Shown: positions 25,339 through 32,000 of the stretch, piece after piece
Layout: each line of letters opens with the position of its first letter
How positions within the stretch are numbered: position 1 is the first letter of the stretch
Source: Nostoc punctiforme PCC 73102
Lineage (GTDB): Bacteria > Cyanobacteriota > Cyanobacteriia > Cyanobacteriales > Nostocaceae
Direction: 5' to 3'
Length of the DNA stretch: 32,000 bases
Assembly: GCF_000020025.1 (NCBI RefSeq)
Contig: NC_010628.1
Location: 6,270,001 to 6,302,000, forward strand
Made by a program: the position numbers and the translations under genes
Notes under the pieces: model-generated
Database searches by the model: none
What the model saw: the letters and a program-made list of their open reading frames with translations, nothing else
What the model was told of the DNA's origin: nothing

Positions 25339-26583
25339 CTATTTTATAAATACAAATTTTCCAGTATTCCCATCTTTATCCATCTTGATTTGGGCGACAT
25401 AAAATTCTTTCTGGATCACATCGCCTACTGGTGTAAAAGCAATCTCACCTAAAGGAGTATTATACTTTCCAGCTAGTATTTGCTTGTTCAATTCTGTCCG
25501 CAGTTTATCAAGAGGTAATGTGCTGATTTTGGTTTTTTTATCCAACTCTTTCAGCGCTTCAACATACACCTGCACCGCCGCAAAAGATTGACCGGTAAAT
25601 TGGGCTGGTTCTTTCTTATATTGATCAATATAGGTTTGGCGAAATACCTTATTAATCTCACCAGGATATTCAGGACTGTAAGCTTGAGCAATCAGCACAC
25701 CATCGCAAAGGGCTTTACATACTGATAAAACATTGGGTGTATTCAGACCATTACCACCAATAATTATGCCTTTATAACCCAGTTCTCGCAGTTGCCGAAC
25801 TAAGTTACCACCATCAGCAGCTAGTCCCGAAATAATTACTAAATCTGGTTTTAAGTTAATTGCATTGGTAGCTTGGGCTTGAAAGTCTGTATCAGTAGTT
25901 TGGAACTTTTGAACTGTTACTAATTCTAGCCCTTGTTCTTTGACTGCTTTTTGAAAAATCTCTGTTTCTGATTTGTTAAATGCGTCATTTTGGGCGTAAA
26001 AAACTGCAACTTTTTTAATTTGAGGATTCTGTTTTAGTGCAGCTTTCACTGAATTAGGGGCAACTATAGAGACGGGAGAAGATACACGAGCTACATAATC
26101 ACCGATTTCGGGAATTCCGTTTGCGGTATTTGATGCTCCAATAACTGGAACTTTTGCACGTTCGGCAATGGGGTCAGCACTAAACGCTTGTTGTGACAAA
26201 GTAGGGCCAACAATACCGACAACTTTATCCTTGTTAATTAAAGTTTGAAAAGCGTTAATTGCTCCAGCTTCATCACCGCTAGTATCTTGGGGTACCAATT
26301 TAATCGGAGTGCCATTAATACCACCTTTACTATTGAAATACTTCTCAGCAATTCTGGCTCCCACAAATCCCTCTTGACCGAGTAATGCTACATTACTAGT
26401 TTGTGCTAAGGCAATACCGATGGGAATCGCACCCGATGTAGTCGTTGTCTGGGCGGTGTTAGTTGTAGTGTTATTTGGAGTACTATTTGGAGGATTTGTC
26501 ACAGAGCCACCGCCACCACAGCCTGTTAGTAGCAAAGCGCAAGTTGATAATAATGCTGTTGTCTGAGCGATCGCGTTGTTCAT
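25339..26583 (-). CDS. LivJ/K-type periplasmic substrate-binding lipoprotein (type I PBP)
   Basis: Lipobox LLLTGC, a Thr/Asn/Pro-rich linker, then IPIGIALAQTSNVALLGQE...GGINGTPIKLVPQDTSGD...VVGIVGPTLS, typical of branched-chain amino acid/amide binding proteins. Confidence 0.9.
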   Translation of the reverse strand: MNNAIAQTTALLSTCALLLTGCGGGGSVTNPPNSTPNNTTTNTAQTTTTSGAIPIGIALAQTSNVALLGQEGFVGARIAEKYFNSKGGINGTPIKLVPQDTSGDEAGAINAFQTLINKDKVVGIVGPTLSQQAFSADPIAERAKVPVIGASNTANGIPEIGDYVARVSSPVSIVAPNSVKAALKQNPQIKKVAVFYAQNDAFNKSETEIFQKAVKEQGLELVTVQKFQTTDTDFQAQATNAINLKPDLVIISGLAADGGNLVRQLRELGYKGIIIGGNGLNTPNVLSVCKALCDGVLIAQAYSPEYPGEINKVFRQTYIDQYKKEPAQFTGQSFAAVQVYVEALKELDKKTKISTLPLDKLRTELNKQILAGKYNTPLGEIAFTPVGDVIQKEFYVAQIKMDKDGNTGKFVFIK

Positions 26584-26739
26584 CGTTAAATAATCATGTA
26601 GTTATTAGATATTCGGCAAAAGCTCATAGTAATCTTTATAATCTGCAAACCAAATGACGCAGATTTATACTTTTGCACGAATTCTATTAAATCATTCTTA
26701 TTTCACCATGCAAAGACAAATATTCAAAGTGCTTCTAAA

Positions 26740-26760
26740 TACAAATTATTATAATTTGTA
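26740..26760. promoter_or_regulatory. Perfect palindrome TACAAATTA-TTA-TAATTTGTA upstream of the ABC operon
   Basis: The 9-bp arms lie about 160 nt upstream of the binding-protein start (26583) and 50 nt downstream of the preceding gene's stop (26810). Confidence 0.3.
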
Positions 26761-26809
26761 ATGATTTTATCATTCCGCATCAGTTTATTTGAATCCTAAG
26801 TAAGTACTT

Positions 26810-27136
26810 TTAAACCCCTTTTTCGCTACCAGGTAATCCTTTGGGTTCGTAGTGACGGCAACCGTTACAGGGGCCATCGGGATTGACAGCACAACGCATA
26901 TAGCCAGATCGGGCATTAAATTTGCAGCTGATATCGCCAATTAAATAACCTACCCCTTCTAAATAATAGCGATCGCTTTCAATCGGTCTAAGGTTTTGCC
27001 GTCCCTGCACTACTGAAAAATTCATGGCTGCTTGCCTCATCCGTAGGCGCGATCGCGCATGGGTTTTGCGGATCGCCCACAGAGAAATCAGGGACGGTAA
27101 AAAACCAACGGCAATTACTAAAAGTGTCTTTAACAC
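26810..27136 (-). CDS. Small membrane-anchored Cys-rich protein (conserved cyanobacterial hypothetical)
   Basis: It has an N-terminal TM helix (LLVIAVGFLPSLISLWAI) and the C-terminal segment GDISCKFNARSGYMRCAVNPDGPCNGCRHYEP, with four Cys arranged C-x10-C-x8-C-x2-C. Confidence 0.6.
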   Translation of the reverse strand: MLKTLLVIAVGFLPSLISLWAIRKTHARSRLRMRQAAMNFSVVQGRQNLRPIESDRYYLEGVGYLIGDISCKFNARSGYMRCAVNPDGPCNGCRHYEPKGLPGSEKGV

Positions 27137-27360
27137 CTTTTTTTACCTCTTCTGTGCGCTGATTGATTGTCCCTGATGTTGCACTCTGGTTTACGGAAGT
27201 GCAAATATTAGGGCAGTTTTGCCTAATTGCAACCATAGTTGGTGGCAATTAGCAATGGCAGTGTAGTATTTAGCAATTTTAACGAAGAAGTTCCTTCTGC
27301 CACTTCAATCAGCATAACTTTTACAACCCAGGCGTGAACTGCCGTTGAATGTTGATAATT

Positions 27361-27867
27361 TTAAGATTTGTTGACTAATGCCTTTTTGCAAAAGTGTCTT
27401 GTGTCAGTCTCCGCCCCATTCTTGTTTTTTCTGTGTCGCTGCGATGCTAATCTTTTTTTGGTTTGCTGACGAAGTTGCTGTGCTAGCAGTGCGGCTTCCC
27501 TTTCGGCTCGGAATAAATCAACTTTTCGCGTTGTCAAAATAAATGATTCGTCGGGTTTTCGTTTCACCCAAGGGACACTAATTGCGAAATACTGACAAAT
27601 CTGTTTACCTAGTTCCTTCTTCAAAAGTGGGTAACGTTTTTGACTATTCAGTGTGTTAGCGATCGCTTTCAACTCCAATATCGCGGCTTCCAACTCTCCT
27701 GCCATCTGATTGATGCGCTCGACTTGTGTTATCAAACGCTCCCGTTCACTGATGATTTTTTCTTGTTGGGGTTGTAGTGGCACTATTGCAGTAGTTACAG
27801 GTGTAGGCTGTAACAGCGAGACTTTCAGCAAAATGGGCTTTTTGTCCGTGTCTAAGATTTTTTTCAT
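27361..27867 (-). CDS. Hypothetical protein with a central coiled coil and a very basic C-terminus
   Basis: 168-aa ORF. I recognise no family. The C-terminal tail is Lys/Arg-rich (QQTKKRLASQRHRKNKN). Confidence 0.45.
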   Translation of the reverse strand: MKKILDTDKKPILLKVSLLQPTPVTTAIVPLQPQQEKIISERERLITQVERINQMAGELEAAILELKAIANTLNSQKRYPLLKKELGKQICQYFAISVPWVKRKPDESFILTTRKVDLFRAEREAALLAQQLRQQTKKRLASQRHRKNKNGAETDTRHFCKKALVNKS

Positions 27868-27975
27868 ACTACCTCAAGTAAGGCTAGCTGACTTTTAAGG
27901 CATTTTAGCAGTAAATTAGTATATTTGTACTATAAGTTTTTTATACGAGATTTAATCTGAGGAATTTTTGCTATT

Positions 27976-28038
27976 TTGTGGGATGGGCAACATGAGCATC
28001 CCTTGTATTTCCGGGCGGGCAGGATGCCCACCCCACAA
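27976..28038. repeat. MITE-like hairpin repeat with ttgtggg(a/g)tgggca termini
   Basis: ttgtgggatgggca (27976-27989) against tgcccaccccacaa (28025-28038) gives 13 of 14 complementary positions. The gcgggcaggatgcccaccccacaag motif is a common Nostocales dispersed repeat as I recall. Confidence 0.6.
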
Positions 28039-28148
28039 GAATCATCTTTTAATTCAGCAACGCTCAACTTTCCAAACATTCTCTAAAGGCAAAATATTTG
28101 CCAGCGCTGATAATATTTCTATAGAATTCATATTTGATTTTTGGAAAA

Positions 28149-28610
28149 ATGAGATTAAGAATATATCAAATATCTGATACCGAAGAAATTATGAAGTTGT
28201 TCTACGACACTATCCATGAAGTGAACATTCATAATTACACACAAGAACAAGTAGATGCTTGGGCACCAGCAAATATGGATATTGACCTTTGGATTAAAGG
28301 TTTAGCAAGTAAGTTTACTTATGTAGCAGAGGAGAATGGTAAAATTATCGGTTTTGGGGAATTAGAGGCTAATGGGCATATTGACCGTTTTTACTGTCAT
28401 AAAGACTTTCAAAGAAAAGGGATTGGGAAAAAAATCTTAGAACAGCTTGAATTCAAAGCAAAAACTTTAGGGATTCAAAGGTTATTTACAGAAGCTAGTA
28501 TTACAGCTAAACCGTTTTTTGAAAGCCAGAATTTTATTGTTGTGAAACAGCAAGAAGTAGAACGTAGAGGGCAAAAGCTGATAAATTTTATTATGGAAAA
28601 ATCAATTTAA
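28149..28610 (+). CDS. GNAT-family N-acetyltransferase
   Basis: Motif A HKDFQRKGIGKKILEQLE is present in a typical fold of about 150 aa. I prefer the ATG at 28149 (MRLRIYQ...) to the TTG at 28134. The gene looks more A/T-rich than its neighbours. Confidence 0.85.
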   Translation: MRLRIYQISDTEEIMKLFYDTIHEVNIHNYTQEQVDAWAPANMDIDLWIKGLASKFTYVAEENGKIIGFGELEANGHIDRFYCHKDFQRKGIGKKILEQLEFKAKTLGIQRLFTEASITAKPFFESQNFIVVKQQEVERRGQKLINFIMEKSI

Positions 28611-28746
28611 TAATTAAATAAATTTTTTCTAAAAGATTGACTTAAATCCCCTGATAGTATTAAATTTCTTTCAATAACTGAGAATAAAGCTTTTGTAGTA
28701 GTGTTTTATGTAGCGGTGCTTAGGCTAAAACCATAACACACCCTAC

Positions 28747-29787
28747 TTAAGATTTGCTTCCTCGATCAATAGTCTCTGAATTAATTTTAAATTGCAGTTT
28801 TTCTCGTAATTGTTGTGCTTGCTGATAAGCTTCTGTCCGCCCTTTGTTTGAATTGTGTAATTCTGCTGGTTCCAAAGGCTGAATATAGTAACGCAAGCGA
28901 GTTCTCATTGCCCAAATTCCCATTGAAGGAAACAGAATTAAGGCAAACATCAAAGGCGATACAGGTAAAAATGGTAATTTGACTAGTCGTTGCAATTTCT
29001 GGAAATTAACAGCCCAAGGATGTAAAAATTCACTCCCGATGCAAACTACTGGGAGAATGGGAATATGGTAGCGATCGCTCAACTTAACAAAACTCACATC
29101 AAACTTTTCTAGTTGATAGCGTCTTTTCCAGCCTTTCAGAGGGCCGCGGATACCTTCGGGTGCATATAAGATAATTTTATTTTGGACCATAGCTGCCTCA
29201 AAATCATCTAATTGGGCTCGCACACCACCCAAAACCTGCGACCATTTAGGTGGTAGCCACCAAATAACCCAAGGATGATCGAATAATGCTGGACTTGCTA
29301 CGGGTTGTACCACCCATCCTCTAGCTTCGCTTAATAAATAACCCAAAGTCAAAAAGTCCCAAGGAAAACTCATCCCTGCGTGATTCATTGCCACAATCAA
29401 TGGCCCTGTTTGCGGCAAGTTTTCGACTTGTTTTAATTCTCCCCGAAAATAGTATTTGACGATGGGGCCGAGAACTTCTTGGCGAAAAGCTTGTTGATAT
29501 TTGGGATCAAATTCACCAAGTTCTTTTCGGGGTGAACGGAAACCAAGACGCAACCAGCGAATCAGCATCGCTAGATAAAATCCGCCAGGAATTAAAAATA
29601 GTCCATATTCTAGCCAATTCCAACCGTCTGTATCGGTATGATAGTGCTGCCAATGGCGGTTAAATAAAATTAGCCAGCCTGGAGGATACCAAAGACAAAA
29701 CCAATCAAACCAGCTAAATATATAGCCTTCACCTGGTGCATTTTCCAGTTGAGTATCGAGGAGGTTTTGGGAGTGTTGATTAATCAA
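28747..29787 (-). CDS. Putative membrane acyltransferase (PlsC/LPLAT-like)
   Basis: VAMNHAGMSFPWD and LYAPEGIRGP resemble acyltransferase motifs I and III, but motif I is not a strict HX4D. The N-terminus has TM segments and the start is TTG. Confidence 0.5.
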   Translation of the reverse strand: MINQHSQNLLDTQLENAPGEGYIFSWFDWFCLWYPPGWLILFNRHWQHYHTDTDGWNWLEYGLFLIPGGFYLAMLIRWLRLGFRSPRKELGEFDPKYQQAFRQEVLGPIVKYYFRGELKQVENLPQTGPLIVAMNHAGMSFPWDFLTLGYLLSEARGWVVQPVASPALFDHPWVIWWLPPKWSQVLGGVRAQLDDFEAAMVQNKIILYAPEGIRGPLKGWKRRYQLEKFDVSFVKLSDRYHIPILPVVCIGSEFLHPWAVNFQKLQRLVKLPFLPVSPLMFALILFPSMGIWAMRTRLRYYIQPLEPAELHNSNKGRTEAYQQAQQLREKLQFKINSETIDRGSKS

Positions 29788-29940
29788 AACGGTTAAAGTT
29801 CAGGCAAACATTTGATTAAAAGTGCATTATAGCTTTATAGTTTTGCCATTGGTATCTGACTCAGGGTAAGGGCATCTCAAACACTACTGACAAGAAGGTT
29901 TAGAGAAATTATCCTGTTGGAATAAGCAAACAGTGATTAC

Positions 29941-29961
29941 GTTGGGAGCATCCCAACTTTT
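29941..29961 (+). terminator. Orphan terminator-like hairpin in the 656-bp intergenic region
   Basis: GTTGGGA-GCA-TCCCAAC followed by TTTT. There is no plus-strand ORF upstream. Confidence 0.3.
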
Positions 29962-30443
29962 CAAAAATTCACGGAACTAAGGCACAAACCCTTTATAACT
30001 GTCTTCCCTTTGCGTTCTTCTCTGCAAGACGTTGTGCTAATGCGGTTCGTTTCTTTATTCTCTTATTGCGCTCAAAAGAATATTTACAATGTAAAAAACT
30101 AAGTTGTGTATGAAGCATAGCAATTTAATGTTCGATAAATTTGCAGGAATGCTTAATGCTTGAAAATCATCAACTTGGTTGAAAATTATACTATTTTGGT
30201 ATCACAAAGCAAGAAAATTTAATATTTATTTTATAGTTAGCTTTTTAGGTCGCACAACCTTACAACAGTGAGTATTCATCAGAACTGTGGCAGAGGAGTT
30301 AAATCAGTGAATAACAAGCAATTAAGACTAATAAATGATATTGCTGTTTCGCCAAAAGATGAAATTGATAATAACTAATGATTATTTAAATTCTTCCTCA
30401 AGTTGGAGCCAGATGGCAAGACACTTGTCCTAATCTTCCTATT

Positions 30444-30698
30444 ATGGAACTAAAAAAGCCACTAAAAATTTCAGATTTAATCCGTGAACTTCGGCAGCAA
30501 CTGGATCTTTCTCAGGAAAAATTTGCAGCCAAGTTGGGAGTTTCCCTACGAACAGTCAATCGTTGGGAGAACGGATCTACAGTGCCTTCACAGATGGCAC
30601 TAAAGCTGATTGAAGAAATGTTACAAAAGATGGGCGAACCAGGCAAAAGACTACTGAACGAGTATCTCCTAAAAGCGGAGCAACAGGAGGACTCCTAA
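30444..30698 (+). CDS. XRE-family helix-turn-helix transcriptional regulator
   Basis: LIRELRQQLDLSQEKFAAKLGVSLRTVNRWENG is a canonical HTH_3/Cro-C1 motif. 84 aa. Confidence 0.85.
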   Translation: MELKKPLKISDLIRELRQQLDLSQEKFAAKLGVSLRTVNRWENGSTVPSQMALKLIEEMLQKMGEPGKRLLNEYLLKAEQQEDS

Positions 30699-30699
30699 G

Positions 30700-32000
30700 A
30701 TGATGCTGAAAGCACCCGAAAAATTTTTGATGATGCGCTCTTGGTTACTAACTTATGGTGTGATGATTCTGGCAGTCATAGCGGCGCTGCTGTTGACGCA
30801 ACTATTGCTACCAGTTTTTGATCCGAGCGTATTTACATTATTTTATGCTGCTGTAGCAGTCAGCGCCTGGTACGGCGGCATGAGACTTGGAGTATTAGCG
30901 ATCGCTTTTTCTGTTACAACTGCGCTCTATTTTTTGCTGGAGCCAGTCTACTCGTTCGATTTTCTCAGCCTAAACGTTTTAGTACAATTAACCACATTTT
31001 CACTAGTATCCTTCTTAATTACCGCCCTCTCTTCAGAGTTGCGAACTGCCAGACGTAAGGCCGAGACAAGCCTGAAATTGTTGCAAAATAGCGAAATGCG
31101 GTTTAGTCGCCTCGCAGAATCCAACATCATTGGAGTCATTGTTACTGATATTAAGAACGGCTCCATCATGGAAGCCAATGATGCTTTTCTGAAAATGGTC
31201 GGCTATACGCGAGAAGATTTGTCTGCTAACCAAATAAAGTGGCGTGAAATTACCCCACCTGAGTATCTTCTATTGAGTGAGCGTTCAGTACAGGAAGTAA
31301 AAACAACCGGAGTATGTAAACCCTTTGAGAAGGAATATATCTGCAAAGATGGCACAAGAGTGCCCGTTTTGCTCGGTTCTGTCCTTGTGCAAGAAACAGA
31401 AGAAACTGTCATTGGCTTTGTTGTTGACTTGAGCGAACGCAAACAAACCGAGCAAATCTTGCGAGAGAAGGAAGAACGTCTGAGGTTAGCTAACGAGCGT
31501 TTTCAGTTAGCAGCATCTGCGGTTAACTGTCTCATTTATGACTGGAATGTAGAACAGGATACTGTTGAAAGAACCGATGGGTTAACCCGAATTTTGGGTT
31601 ATTCTCTCGATATTGCAGAACCAACAGGTAATTGGTGGCGAGAACTTGTGCATCCAGAGGATTTGCAACGTGTAGAAGAAGAGTCGGCCATCGCTTTGGC
31701 AAATAGCGATCGCTATACTGCTGAGTATCGCATTCGCAACCAAGATAACCAGTACGTCTATGTACTCGACCAAGGAATAGTGGTGCTACGGGATGCTGAT
31801 GGAAAAGCAGTACGCATTGTTGGCAGCACTACAGATATTAGCGATGTCTACGACGAGCTCCGCTTACGCAAGCAAGCAGAGAAAGCAGTCCAAGAAAGTG
31901 AAGAACGACTCAGGAGTTTTGTCAAAGCAAATATAGTTGGCATTATCTTTGGCGATGTGAATGGTAGTATCACTGAAGCCAACGACGAATTCTTGAGAAT
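30700..32000 (+). CDS. Multi-PAS sensor protein (probable histidine kinase) with a DUF4118-like membrane N-terminus; the 3' end runs off the window
   Basis: Missing from the ORF track because there is no stop in the window. From ATG 30700 it is open for 433 codons: MMLKAPEKFLMMRSWLLTYGVMILAV...YGGMRLGVLAIAFSV. At least three PAS-like modules follow (NIIGVIVTD..EANDAFLKMVGYTREDL; CLIYDWNVEQD...WRELVHPEDL; NIVGIIFGD..EANDEFLR), joined by ERKQ(T/A)E-type linkers. AGGAGG lies at 30685-30690. Confidence 0.85.
   Translation, partial: MMLKAPEKFLMMRSWLLTYGVMILAVIAALLLTQLLLPVFDPSVFTLFYAAVAVSAWYGGMRLGVLAIAFSVTTALYFLLEPVYSFDFLSLNVLVQLTTFSLVSFLITALSSELRTARRKAETSLKLLQNSEMRFSRLAESNIIGVIVTDIKNGSIMEANDAFLKMVGYTREDLSANQIKWREITPPEYLLLSERSVQEVKTTGVCKPFEKEYICKDGTRVPVLLGSVLVQETEETVIGFVVDLSERKQTEQILREKEERLRLANERFQLAASAVNCLIYDWNVEQDTVERTDGLTRILGYSLDIAEPTGNWWRELVHPEDLQRVEEESAIALANSDRYTAEYRIRNQDNQYVYVLDQGIVVLRDADGKAVRIVGSTTDISDVYDELRLRKQAEKAVQESEERLRSFVKANIVGIIFGDVNGSITEANDEFLR
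31841..31870 (+). repeat. Copy of the 30-nt small dispersed repeat embedded in frame in the sensor-kinase CDS
   Basis: gcgatgtctacgacgagctccgcttacgca matches gcgatgtctacgacgggctacgcctacgca (6762-6791) at 27 of 30 positions. It is translated as (S)DVYDELRLR(K). Confidence 0.7.

Noticed and set aside
26584-26810. NtcA (GTA-N8-TAC) boxes upstream of the ABC operon, and also in 11123-11890
   Set aside because: I scanned every GTA in both regions by eye and none has TAC at the N8 spacing. The 26740 palindrome has the opposite polarity.
26988-27248. 86-aa ORF overlapping the 5' part of the Cys-rich protein gene
   Set aside because: It overlaps 26810-27136 out of frame. The 108-aa frame has the TM helix and the conserved Cys module, and this ORF has nothing recognisable.
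28637-28665. Sigma-70-like promoter TTGACT-N15/17-TATTAAAT between the convergent GNAT and acyltransferase genes
   Set aside because: It would only drive transcription antisense into the acyltransferase 3' end. A/T-rich intergenic DNA produces such matches by chance.
30307-30378. 23-codon GTG ORF (VNNKQLRLINDIAVSPKDEIDNN) preceded by GAGGAG, upstream of the XRE gene
   Set aside because: It is too short to support from sequence alone and has no known leader-peptide logic. I noted it only as something to check if ribosome profiling exists.
30948-31773. Minus-strand ORFs 30948-31178, 31033-31233, 31203-31442 and 31582-31773
   Set aside because: They are antisense to the open-ended multi-PAS kinase frame, which is continuous from 30700 to the window end and has clear PAS motifs.

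Overview
The window looks like a chromosomal segment from a filamentous Nostoc/Anabaena-type cyanobacterium. I infer this from the very frequent HIP1 palindrome GCGATCGC, from Nostocales-style small dispersed repeats (SDRs) in most intergenic regions, and from DevBC-type exporter genes. Most of it is ordinary housekeeping: an SPFH/band-7 protein (cut by the window start), an EF-G-like GTPase, a TPR protein, a PsiE-like membrane protein, metF, trpS, a membrane fatty-acid desaturase, a DevB/DevC-like exporter pair, glk, a histidine phosphatase, a GNAT acetyltransferase, a PlsC-like acyltransferase, and an XRE regulator followed by a multi-PAS sensor kinase (cut by the window end). The unusual part is 17.3-26.6 kb. 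There a LivJHMGF-type (HAAT family) ABC uptake operon on the minus strand carries genes with no transport role. One Uma2 endonuclease gene sits between the two permease genes with 14-15 nt spacers. A GMC flavin oxidoreductase is translationally coupled (TAATG) to the first ATPase gene. A plus-strand island separates the two ATPase genes; it holds an Rpn/DUF4351 nuclease gene, a nine-unit 21-bp tandem array and a 5'-truncated Rpn paralog. A second Uma2 gene sits at the operon tail. With an internally deleted Rpn pseudogene (6.9-7.55 kb), that makes five loci from PD-(D/E)XK nuclease-type families of unknown function; a truncated DUF4058 gene abutting an IS630 transposase remnant (1.06-1.53 kb) is a further decayed locus. 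The second theme is very small mobile repeats. A 30-nt element occurs uninterrupted, occurs twice with other repeats nested inside it (in inverted orientation around an 81-aa gene), and occurs in frame inside the sensor-kinase gene. I found no CRISPR array, tRNA or rRNA gene, prophage, or recognisable defence system. All functional calls rest on motif and family recognition by eye, because no searches could be run.
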